From assembly GCF_018350175.1 (NCBI RefSeq), contig NC_058368.1:100814001-100878000 (forward strand): DNA of 64,000 nucleotides. Direction: 5' to 3'. The notes below the pieces were generated by a model that worked only from the letters and a program-made list of their open reading frames with translations, searched no databases and was not told the origin of the DNA. Positions 25,498-36,545 of this stretch are shown piece by piece. The number at the start of each line of letters is the position of its first letter. Within the stretch, counting starts at the first letter, position 1. The translations under genes were made by a program, and so were the position numbers. The DNA comes from Felis catus (Eukaryota).

Positions 25498-25967
25498 CTC
25501 AAGGATATATATATCAAAAAATACATATAAATATCCTTGAGTAGGAGGAAAATAAACTAACATCAGAAAGGCTAAATGACAAAATAGAGGGCTTCTATGC
25601 CCCACATGTACCTCAGTTTCCCAGTACTTTTCCTGAAAGATAACCTCTCTACTTTTCGCTGTTCTACCATTTACATCACCTTCACATTTCTAAATAAAGT
25701 GCGTGTCTGGCTAGCTTTTTGTCCGTCTGCCTCATGCCCTCATGCCCCTCCTCCCCCACCCCCGTTCAAGTGTAGTTAGGTTACAGTTTCTGGTTAAATC
25801 CGTATTTAATGCTCGCAGTAGTGTGCCTATACAAATATTGTTCACCATGGAAAGTTGTAGTATATTTAATCATGATTTTCTTTTTTAAAAAACAAGCTTT
25901 ATTTTCTAGAACAGTATTAGACTTACAGAATCTTGGGAAGAGTTCCCCTCAATATCTCATTTCCCTC

Positions 25968-25969
<2 letters not shown>

Positions 25970-26017
<48 letters not shown>

Positions 26018-26244
26018 AGAAAGCAATATTATTTTTTAATGTTTTTAATTATTTTTGAGAGAGAGAGAGACAGAGCACCAGCAGGGGACAGGTGGAGGGA
26101 GAGGGACAGAGAGAGAATCCCAAGTAGGCCCCACAGCTGTCAGCACAGAACCTGATGTGGGGCTCGAACTCACGAACCGTGAGATCACACCCTGAGCCGA
26201 AACCAAGAGTAGGACGCTTTACCTACTGAGCCACTCAGGCACCT
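25970..26244 (-). mobile_element. (TA)n microsatellite adjoining an antisense Can-SINE (about 26030-26244)
   Basis: TA run, then gagagagacagagc...gagccactcaggcacc. Confidence 0.85.
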
Positions 26245-26259
26245 GTCTTCCTGTTTCTC

Positions 26260-28130
26260 AATTTAGCCCTCATTTTGGTGGATCTACCGAGTAGTTTCCT
26301 GAAAACAGATACATAGAAACCATACTTTCGAGACTTTATTTTAGTTTTCTTCTTAATAGATAATTTAACCAAGTATACGTTGAGAATGATTTTCTCTAGA
26401 ACTTTGAAGACAGTGCCTCATTGTCTTTCAGCTTCCAGTGTTGCTGTTGAGAATTCCAAGGCCATTCTGTTTTCTGATCCGTTGTGTATGAGCTGTTTGC
26501 CACCCCAACCCTGCCGCCCCTCTGGACTCCATAAGGTCTTTTGTCCCTAGTGTTCTGGAATCTTAACAGAGATTTGCTGTTGTGTATGTCTGTTTTAATC
26601 CAGTATGGGTGCTTTCAGTCTGGAAACCTGACATACAGTTCTGGAAATTCTCTTGAATTGTTTCACTCATGATGTCTTCCCTTCTGTATTCTCTGTCTTC
26701 TCTTTCTGGAAGACCCATCATTTGGATATTGGATATCCCGGACTTGGGCCAATATTTTTCTTTCTTATTTTCCATTTCTGTCATTTTTTTCTACTCTCTG
26801 ATTATACTTCTTTGTTTTGTGATCATTCCTATTTTTTTTTAATGTTTATTTATTTTGGGGGCGCCTGGGTGGCTCAGTCATTTAAGCATCTGACTTTGGC
26901 TCAGGTCATGATCTCACAGTTCACGAGTTCGAGCCCCGCTTCAGGCTCCGTGGTGACAGCTTAGAGCCTGGAACCTCCTTCAGATTCTGTGTCTCCCTCT
27001 CTATCTGCCCCTTCCCTGCTCAAGCTCGCTCACTCTCTCTCTCTCTCTCTCTCTCTCAGAAATAAACATTAAAAAATTATTTTATGTTTATTTTTGAGAG
27101 AGCAAGTAGGGGAGGGGCGGTAAGAGAGGGAGACAGAGAATCTGAGGCAGGCTCTGTGCTGACAGGAGAGAGCCCCATGCGGGGCGCAAACTCGTGAACC
27201 ATGAGATCATGACCTGAGCTGGAGTCAGACACGGAACTGACCAGGAATTCAGGTGCCCCTGACCAGTCCTATCTTTAAGGCCTGTATCTCTCTGAGAATG
27301 TTACTTTTTATTGTACTTTTTAAAGTTCTTTTCTTCCCCGCTTCTGTATCCTCAAAATTATTTTCTCTATTTTGTCCTCTCTTTCACGTTAGATGCTTTC
27401 CTCAGATACCTATTAATCACTGAATGCCTCTTCACGTTTAGCAGTGAAACATGTTTAGCAGCGAAAGCCAGTTGGGTGCTCTGAGCATAGTCATGGGACC
27501 TGTGAGATTTAAGCATCACTGAGGAGTGATCTCACTGAGCTGTTTGTAGGAAATTTCCAATGTGGGTGTCTCCAGATTTCTCCTCTTGGGCTGGTCAGAT
27601 TTTCCAGAGAATGCTTTTCCTGTTTCCTGCCTGGAAGGTAGGAAAGTTTTCAACGTTCATCGTTCGGCATGTATGTTGCCACCACCCCCAGACCCTCAGA
27701 CAGGGTGTCAACTTACAATGCGAGGACTCTGTCTTCTCCCCTCTCTTGAGGACATAACCTCCAGCACGTCTAGAATAGCATGGAGGTGAGGAGGTGATGA
27801 AGGAAGGGGTCTTCCCGATTCTCAGCTAGGTGTCACTCCACCTTCCGAGTTGTAGCCAGCCCCCTCCCATTCTGGGAGGCACCTGCTGTTCCCTGTTGCT
27901 GTGCCTTTGACTGCTGTGCTGTGTAAATCAGGCTGGTTTTCAGCTTTCCCATTGAAATTCAGCTTTTTCTTGTTTGCTACAACAGTTACTTCTCATCCAT
28001 CTGCTTTGTAGCTCACAAATATCTTGTTGCTGTTCTCTCTTCTCCTGTTTTCCCTATTTTTATGGGTGTAAGGGAAAAAAAGGGAAAGTTCCTTGTAGTT
28101 TTACTGGGGCTGGAGGAAAACGTGAAATCA
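26260..28130 (-). mobile_element. Old LINE-1 (L1M-type) remnant interrupted by SINEs
   Basis: Minus-strand ORF reads SNIQMMGLPEREDRE..EDIMSETIQENFQN, resembling L1 ORF1p. The + strand is T-rich. Confidence 0.7.
26833..27260. mobile_element. Nested SINEs: a + strand copy (about 26857-27076) inside the tail of a - strand copy
   Basis: Inner flanks atgtttatttattttg / atgtttatttttg. Outer flanks gatcattcctat / gaccagtcctat. Confidence 0.85.
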
Positions 28131-28259
28131 GGTATGGATGTTCAATTTGCTATCGTAACCCAGAGCTCTCTAGATAGGTTTTCTTTCTTTCTTTTTTTTT
28201 TAACAGCAACGGAGTTTTCATTGTGTGGTTTCACTGTGGCCTCTGTCCTTAGCTCTTAT

Positions 28260-28560
28260 ATTTCTTGCCTTGGGGGAAGCCAGCCTCCATGTTTTCCGGA
28301 TATGCAGAGGGACAGATGGAAGGATCCAAGAGGCTAGGAGCGGAGGCCTCCTGCCAGTGACCAACATGAACTTGCCAGGCATGTGAGTGACCCACCTCGT
28401 TGGTGTTAGTTCCGAGATGACTGAGCCTTGGTGGATATTTTGACGGCAGCCAAAGCTGCTCCCAGATTCCTGACCCACAGAAACCGTGAGAGATGATAAG
28501 TATTAATTGCTAAATTGTGGCGGGAGGTAATTTGTTATGTGCTAATAAACATTTAACACA
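28260..28560 (+). mobile_element. MLT1 (MaLR) LTR remnant
   Basis: cccagattcctgacccacagaaaccgtgagagat...gtaatttgttatg resembles the MLT1 3' end. Confidence 0.7.
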
Positions 28561-28751
28561 GATCTTTGGGCCCAATTGAATTCTTCTGGGAAATGCCTGT
28601 TCGAACTGTGAACATTTCCTATTATGCTGTTAAAAAAATTGTGTATTCTTTACGTGTATAATGTACATTAGTCCTCTGTTATACAGGTTGAAAATATTTT
28701 TCTCTGCTTGTTGAATGTTTTTTTAAACTTTATTCTCTTTGGCTTACATTG

Positions 28752-29320
28752 CAATTGACCTTTGAACGACATGGGTTTGAACTGTGTGGGTCCACTTACT
28801 TACATGTGGAATTTTTTATAAATACAGTATATTATGGTACCTGTATTTTCTTTCTTATGATTTTAACATTTTCTTTTCTCTAAGCTTTCTTTATTGAAGG
28901 AATACTGTATATAATACATCTAACATACAAAATGTGTAATTGAAGGTTTATGTTCTGGGTAAGGCTTCTAGTCAAGAGTAAGCTATACGTACTTTAGTTT
29001 TTTGGGAGTCAAAAGTAATACGTGGATTAAGAAAAATTTTTTTAATGTTTATTTTTGAGAGAGAGAGACAGACAGACAGAGTGTGAGGGGGGGAGAGGCA
29101 GAGAGAGAGTGAGATACAGAATCCGAAGCAGGGTCCAGGCTCTGAGCTGTCAGCACAGAGCCCCACACGGGGCTCAAATCCACGAACCGCAAGATCATGA
29201 CCTGAGCTGAAGTCGGACGCTTAACTGACTGAGCCACCCAGGCACCCCAAGTTATACATGGATTTTTAACTGCAGGGGGAGTCAGTGCTCCTAACCCCTA
29301 TTTTATTCAGGGGTCAAGTG
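28752..29320 (+). mobile_element. Tigger2a-like TcMar DNA transposon, interrupted by an antisense SINE (about 29033-29248)
   Basis: Degenerate TIRs caattgacctttgaac ... attcaggggtcaagtg followed by TA. SINE TSD aagtaatacgtggatt / aagttatacatggatt. Confidence 0.8.
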
Positions 29321-29469
29321 TAATTTTAAATCCTTATCTAGTCTAAAATAGCTTTCCATTAATGTCTTTGACATTTTGTATATTGTAATAAGAAGATTTC
29401 TTTCACATGAAGGTTTTTATAGCTTTGCTTTTTCACAGAGATTTTCACTCTATATGGAATTCATTTTTA

Positions 29470-29691
29470 ATTTTTAATTTTTATTTTTTTTAATGTTTAT
29501 TTATTTTTGACAAAGAAGAGACAGCATGAACGGGGGAGGGTCAGAGAGAGAGGGAAACACAGAATCTGAAACAGGCTCCAGGCTCTGAGCCGTCGGCACA
29601 GAGCCTGACTCGGGGCTCGAACTCCTGGACCGCGAGATCATGACCTGAGCCGAAGTCGGATGCTTAACTGACTGAGCCACCCAGGCGCCCC
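29470..29691 (-). mobile_element. Young Can-SINE with a perfect TSD
   Basis: tggaattcatttttaa on both flanks (about 29455 and 29692). CpGs retained. Confidence 0.94.
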
Positions 29692-29999
29692 TGGAATTCA
29701 TTTTTAAAACCTATTTTATTTTTCTTTCAAATGGATAGCCAGTTGTCTATAAACTCTTCTCTATACCATTTATCTAAACACCATTTATTTTTAACACATG
29801 TTGAAATTTTACAATTTAAACATTTATGAAAGCTAAGTAAATACCATTTGTTGACTACTTCCCCCGCCGCCCGCCGTGACTTTGAAATAACACTGTGTGG
29901 TTCATGCTACATTGCCGTATATTCAGGGATCTGTTTCCGGACTACTTGGGTCCCTGGAGCATTGTCTCATTCGGTTCCAGGATGACCCTGGCTTCATTA

Positions 30000-30477
30000 C
30001 AGACTCTCCCTGACCTATGCTGGTTTAGCTCAAGAGTTTTTGCCTTTATCCTGGTGCCAAAGCAATACCCATTCTTCACATTTTGAATTTGCACCTTCTC
30101 TCAGGTTGATGATGTGCAGTATGATACTCTCTTGTGATGCTGGGCGGCCATAGCTCCCAATCGACCAGGAGATCACACGGGTGAACAACTAACACACCTA
30201 CAGCATTCTTTTTTTTTTTTTTTTTTAAATGTTCCATACAGTATTCAATAAATTCCAGGAGATAGTCAATACTTGGTTATAAAATAGTCTTTGTGTTTGA
30301 TGATTTTGCCCAAACGTAGATTAACAGAAACATTCTGGACATGTTCTGGACATCGTGGGCTAAGACTCGATGTTCACTAGGTTAAGCAAGTATTAAATGC
30401 ATTTTTGGCTTAACGCTATTTTCAGCTGATAATGGGTTTCTCAGGACATAACCCCATTGTAAGTCAAAGAAGGTCTG
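30000..30477 (-). mobile_element. Tigger5/MER47-like DNA transposon
   Basis: Ends cagactctccctgacctatg ... cattgtaagtcaaagaaggtctg form degenerate TIRs. Internal gatgattttgccca and attaaatgcattttt motifs. Confidence 0.7.
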
Positions 30478-30479
30478 TG

Positions 30480-31700
30480 TTATGGCTTTATAATGTTTTG
30501 ATGTCCTGTAAATTAACTTATGCCTTCATTCATTTTTCTTCTTGTTCAAACTTGCCCTGACTATTCATTTTTCATGTGAATTTTAGAACCAGCTTGTCAC
30601 TTTTCTTAGCTTATTGGGGTTTTAATTGCATTGACTTTATAAATCATATTGGTGAAATCTCCTATCTTTAAAATAATTGATTCTTTCCATCTGGGAACAT
30701 GCTGTAACTATTTGCAGACCTTTCTTTATGTCCTTTAATAAAGTTTTTTATGTTTCTTCAAAAGGTCTTGAACATTTATTGTAAAGTTTATCCTTAGACA
30801 TTATAAGTTTTAAAGGTTGTTACTGGTGATATCTTTTGTTTTTCCCAATGTTGTTTTCTAACTGATTAATGTTAGTGTATAAGAAAGCTATTGTATAAGA
30901 AATCTACTGATTAGTATATATTGATTTAATATATGGTGCCTTATGAAACTTTTATTAATTCTAATAATTTTTTAGTTGACTGTGTTCTATGTAGAGTTCA
31001 TCTACACATGACCTTGGTTTTCTTTCTTCCTATCCAATATCTGTACCTCTTAGGTCTTTTACGTGTCTTATTTCACTGGCTTCCAGAAAAATGTGAAAGA
31101 ACAGTTGTGATACACTTATTGGTACTGTTATGATGTCTCCTCATATAATGCTGAATAGATTTGCTGTGGGATTATGGTAGTTAACCTTTATTAAGCTAAA
31201 GGTGGGCGCCGGGGTGGTTCAGTCTGTTAAGCGTGCAACTCTTGATCTCAGCTCAGGTCATGATCTCATGGTTCATGAGATCAGGCCCTGTGTCGGGCTC
31301 TCTGCTGACAATGTGGAGACTGCTTGGGATTCTCTCTCTCCCTCTCTCTCTGCCCCTTGCCAACTCATGCACATGATTCTCTCTCTCTCCCTCTCTCTCT
31401 CTCTCAAAATAAATGCATAAGCTTTAAAAGAAAAAAAAATATGTTTCTAGCTCTTCCTAGTCTAAGAATTATTAGGAAGTGGTACACTGACTTATTAATG
31501 TTTTAGGATTCATTGAAATATTCATTTGTTTTTTTTTCTTTTCTAATATGATGCTAAGAAATGCATCAACGGATTTCCTAATGTTTAGGAAATCCACCAA
31601 CATAACCACCTTTATGTTGCTGGGATAAATCTTATTTGGTCATGATGTATCAGTCTTATAATTGAATGTTGAATATGTAATACATTCCTGATAGATTTTG
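30480..31700 (-). mobile_element. Old L1M ORF2 remnant with an inserted SINE (about 31202-31425, +)
   Basis: Typical antisense L1 motifs (catgtgaattttagaaccagcttgtc, cttatttggtcatgatgtat). Confidence 0.7.
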
Positions 31701-31909
31701 GTCAGAACTAACATGCCTGGCTGGTTCAGTCATTAGAGCATTCAACTCTTGAACTCAGGTAAAAAACTAATATAAGTTGGTGTTTTAAGTAGTTTATATT
31801 GCTAAAATATATTTCTACCCAGTATTATGTAAATATGGTGTTTTTACTGTAAGAGTTTTATACCTGGATTCTAACAGAATTTTATTATTTTGGTTATGCA
31901 CATTTTTTG

Positions 31910-34900
31910 CTTTTGTTTAAAAAAATTTTTTTGAACGTTTAATTTTGAGACACAGAGACAGCGTGTGAACAGGGGAGGGGCAGAAAGAGAGGGAGACACA
32001 GAATCCAAAGCAGGCTCCAGGCTCTGAGCTGTCAGCACAGAGCCCGACGTGGGGCTCGAACTCAGGAATGGTGAGATCATGACCTAAGCTGAAGTCAGAG
32101 CTTAACCGACTGAGCCAGTCAGGTGCCCCATATTTTTTACTTTTATTAACAGATACTAACTGTTCAATGTCTTACGTATGTATTTGCCATGTATTTTTAT
32201 TAAGGTTCTGAGAAAAAATTTAGCTGGCTTGTCGCTGATCGTAGAGTAAGTCTAAAAATTATGTAGGAACAACAGGTTACAAGAGTTGCCATGTTCTCTT
32301 TAGTGTTCTTCTTTTCTCCCCTTCTTAGTGGTTACTCACAGAATTTGGTTAGAAATTTAGCCTGGGTGGCTCAGTTAATCATCAACTTGATTTAGGCTCA
32401 GGTCATGATCTCATAGTCCTGAGATCAAGCCTCACATCTGACTCCATTAAGATTCTCTCTTTTCCTCTCCCTCTGTCCCTCTTCTGGTCCCAATCATACT
32501 CTGTCTCTCCCTCTCCCCCTCACACCCCCCAAAAAAAGAAAGAAAGAAAAAGAAAAGAAATTTGGCTCTTTAAAAAAATGAAGGTCTTCTATTAGCTAGG
32601 AATTTCATACTTATTTTGTCTAAGCCTCAATTACGCCATCTATAATAACTGAAATAATAGCGATACCACTTACGGCTGAGCCGATAGACCCCAAGAACAC
32701 ACCCACATATTGGATTTTCAGCAAGGCAAAATTAAATTATACACAGCTACTAGAATACAGCAAATAGGTTTCACTTGGACTGTTCTGTCAGATCTTCATA
32801 GATCCGCACATTTCTGCCTGTTCAGTTCAACAGGTAAACAGGTGAGCGATGCCAGACAAAAATGTATATGCCAGGTTACTAGCAGGCTTTGGGGTAGGAG
32901 AGTGTAGAAAGCATGCTCAAAGTTTGCTCAGCAATCTCTAGCACAAGGATTTTATGGTTGCATAATCCTGGGTTACATGAACCACTGAGACTTTTTTTTA
33001 AAGATTTTATTTATTTATTCATTTATTTATTTAGGGTTTATTCATTTTTCAGAGACAGAGAGACAGAGCATGAGTGGGGGAGGGGCAGAGACAGGGGGAG
33101 ACACAGAATCCAAAGTAGGCTCTAGGCTGTGACCTGTCAGCACAGAGCCCCACGTGGGGCTCGAACCCCTAAGCCATGAGATCATGACCCGAGCTGACGT
33201 CGGATGCTTAACCGACCCAGCCCCCCAAGTGCCCCTATTTTATTCATTTTTTTTTAAACTTTAAGACTCATGATTTTTTTTCCAATAATCTCTACACCCA
33301 ACATGGGGCTCAAACTCAAAACCCCGAGATCAAGAGTCCTATGCTCTTCTGACTGAGCCAATCTGGCACCTCACCATTATTATTAAAAAAACAAAACAAA
33401 CAAACAAACAAAAACAAGACAGGGAGTCCCTTGGGTGGCTCAGTCAGTTAAGCATCCAACTCTTGATTTCGGCTCAGGTCATGAAGTCATGGTTCATGAG
33501 TTCGAGCCCAGTGTTGGGCTCTGTGCTGACCGCACACAGCCTGCTTGGGATTCTGTCTCCGTCTCTCTCTCTCTGCCCTACCCCCTTCTCTCTCTCAAAA
33601 TAAATAAAAACAAACTTCAACAACAACAACAACAACAACAACAAAAAGAAACACTACTTCTTAGTTCTTTCAAGTCCTACAGCAGATCACACCTCCGCAT
33701 GGGGTTATCAGAAAGCTTAATACTGAGACAGGGTAGTTAATAGCATCTGCCATAGTACCTGCTGCATTCTGCTTTTGTAGAGATTATTTATTTTTTATTT
33801 ATTTTTTTAACGTTTTATTTATTTTTGAGACAGGGAGAGACAGAGCACGAACAGGGGAGGGTCAGAGAGAGGGAGACACAGAATCCGAAACAGGCTCCAG
33901 GCTCCAAGCTGTCAGCACAGGGCCCGACGCGGGGCTCGAACTCACCGACCGCGAGATCATAACCTGAGCTGAAGTCGGCTGCTTAACCGACTGAGCCACC
34001 CAGGCGCCCCTGTAGAGATTATTTAAATGCTTATGCAAGGCTTTCAAGAAAAATGTGCCAGGCAAAGTGCCAAGCAGGGGATAAAAAAAATATTTTTAAA
34101 GGTACATGCCCTAAAACCTACTGGGTGAGGCAGAGAAGTGAATCACACAACACCCGGTGATAGTCACCAGAGGCTTAAGAGAACCTATAAGCCAGGCTCT
34201 AAACTCAGACAGCATGGTGTCCATAGAGCTGTTTCCTAACATGAGATGGTGCTGGCCACCAGAAGAAAAGAGGAAGACGAGTCTGGTCACGGGGCACAGA
34301 TTTCTGCTGAGGCATGGAGTTCCGAGGGGGGGATGCTGGAGTCGCAAGTGTGTGGGTCAGCAGACAGGTCTTCAGATGAGGCTAATGAGGTTTTGTAGGT
34401 CCACATCAGGCCCGTTCTTTCTTTCTTTCTTTTTTTTTTTTTAACGTTTGTTATTGAGAGAGAGACAGAGCATGAGCATGGGAGGGGCAGAAAGAGGGGA
34501 GACACAGAATCTGAAGCAGGCTCCAGGCTCTGAGCTGTCAGCGGAGATCATGACCTGAGCCGAAGTCTGACGCTTAACCTACTGAGCCACCCAGGCAACC
34601 CGCACATCAGCCAAGTTCTTAAAGGAAAGGGCCTCATGCTTTCTCTTTTCCCATGATTTAGGGGCTCAGGATAAACTTCAGAGCTTACCAAGTTGTAATG
34701 CCCCTGGCCTCCAGAGCAAACAGAGTTGGAAGCAGGTGTTTAGGGGCACTTGGCTGGCTCTGAGGATATAGAGTGTGGGACTCTTTGATCTGTGGGTTGA
34801 CAATAGAGTGTGGGACTCTTTGATCTGTGGGTTGACAATAGAGTGTGGGACTTTTTGATCTCTGGGTTGTGAGGTTGAGAAGCTGATTGCCTGCAGCCCC

Positions 34901-34971
34901 AACGCTCACTGGCTGGTCACTTCGAAATGTGACCCACAAGTCACCTCCAAGTTTGTATTCTGCTCCATGCT

Positions 34972-35002
<31 letters not shown>

Positions 35003-35199
35003 TTTTTTACCGTTTATTTATTTTTAAGACAGCATGAGCGGGGCAAAGGCAGGGAGAGAGGGGGACACAGAATCCGAAGCAGGCTCCAGGCTCTGAGCTG
35101 TGAGCACGGAGCCGGACGTGGGGCTGGAACCCACAAATTGAGAGAGCATGACCTGAGCCAAAGGCAGACGCCTAACCGACTGAGCCACCCAGGCGCCCC
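31910..35199. mobile_element. Dense Can-SINE cluster upstream of SNX24: about 31910-32129(-), 32360-32560(+), 32990-33235(-), 33250-33372(-), 33422-33645(+, CAA tail), 33790-34010(-), 34420-34601(-), 34743-34880(+ head), 34975-35199(-)
   Basis: Each copy shows SINE head or body motifs. TSDs tgtagagattattt (33776/34011) and ctccatgcttta (34963/35199). Confidence 0.88.
34768..34869 (+). repeat. 35-bp tandem repeat, about 2.9 copies
   Basis: atagagtgtgggactctttgatctgtgggttgaca at 34768 and 34803 (identical), with a partial diverged copy at 34838. Confidence 0.95.
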
Positions 35200-35459
35200 T
35201 CCATGCTTTAAGGCAGAGTTTGCAAAGGTAATCTGCTAACATTTCATCTGTTAGGCACTTTCAGCTTATCTGGTCCTGGCCTGAAGAGCACATTCGGGCC
35301 CTCTCTTTTCTTTCTTCTTCTCTTTTCTTCCTCGTGTGTGTGTCTGTCTTCTGGTTAAAACGCCACAGATACTCAAAGGCAGTATTTTAGAATTGGACCT
35401 AGAAGCCAGAACGTGGGTGTCTGTGGCCCGCTGACTTTCAGGTTCAATATTACAATACC

Positions 35460-36545
35460 ATCCCCAGCTTCGCGGGCGAACTCAGAACGAGACGCTGACC
35501 TTGGACTCTAAGGTAAATAGAAAAGTCTGGGTAAAAAGTTGGGAGGGTTCGCTGCTGTTCCTGCCAGCCGAGAGTTAAAAACGAAAACCCAAGCATCCGA
35601 AACCGAACCCAGGAGCTCCATGCTTTTCTGTCGCCCGCGGTCCCGCCATCCGCTCGGGTGGCGTCTCGGGAACTGCAGACACAGCGCGGGCGGGCGCCCA
35701 AAGGACAGGGAGCGCCCGGGTGCGGCCCGGTCCCGGCGCGGAGGCGCGCACACCCCTTTTCTGCAGACTCACAGGTTTGCAGGCCCCGCCTCCTCCGGGC
35801 CCAGCTCCGCTCCGCCGCCCTGCGGGCCCGGACCCGGGAGCCCGGAGCCCCGCGCCCTTCGCCGCGGAGGGCCCCCAGCTCCCCGCCCCGTGCCCCCAGG
35901 AGCGCGGCGCGCCAGTAGTGCGCCGGAGGCGGCGGTGGCGGCGGCGGCGGCTCCCGGCCGGGCCGCGCAGCCTGTGGGTCCCGGGGGCGCAGGGCAGGGA
36001 GGCGGGGCGCTCGGCCGGGGGCGGAGCTGCGGCCGCGAGCCCGCCCCCCGCTCGCCCTCCGCCGGCCGGCTGGCGCGGCCATGGAGGTCTACATCCCGTC
36101 CTTTCGCTACGAGGAGAGCGACCTGGAGCGGGGATACACGGTAGGCGCGGGCCGCGGCCGGACAGGGCCCCCGAGCGGGGCCCGCGGCTGCTGAGCGCGG
36201 TGGTGCCCCCGGCCGCCGCCCGCCCTGCGCGGGGGGTCCCCGGGCTGCCCTCCCTTCCCCCGGGCCTGAGGCTGGGCTGCGCCCCGGCGCGGTTGTCAGG
36301 GAGACGGGGCCCCCTCCGCGGCGCGGCGGCCCCGATTCGCTCCCTTCCCCCTCCCGGCCCCGCTCCGGGCCTCGGGGCAGGAGCGCGGGGAGTCCAGCCC
36401 TCGTGCGCCGCGCTCGCCATTCTCCCCGCCGCTCGCCCTCTGCAGCCCGGGGTGGGCTGCGTTCGTGTCTGGCACGGCTGCCCCCTCTCCGCCCAGACAG
36501 GAGTGGCTTCGCGGCGTATTGATGTCCGTTTCCAAGTTCCGTGGG
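35460..36545. promoter_or_regulatory. SNX24: CpG island / promoter of SNX24 with GC boxes
   Basis: Very high GC and CpG density against an AT-rich background. Sp/KLF-type boxes (ccccgccc, gggaggcggggc, gggggcggag) and no obvious TATA box. Confidence 0.93.
36081..36140 (+). CDS. SNX24: Sorting nexin 24 first coding exon (MEVYIPSFRYEESDLERGYT); intron 1 extends beyond the window
   Basis: Strong Kozak gcggccATGG and donor ACG|gtaggc. The peptide matches the recalled SNX24 N-terminus, and the SNX2-SNX24 order is known mammalian synteny. Confidence 0.95.

Noticed and set aside
33435..33740. PolyQ-encoding ORF
   Set aside because: It is the (CAA)n tail of a SINE read in frame by chance.
34768..34869. 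35-bp repeats as a CRISPR-like array
   Set aside because: The units are contiguous with no spacers, derive from a SINE head, and sit in mammalian DNA with no cas genes.
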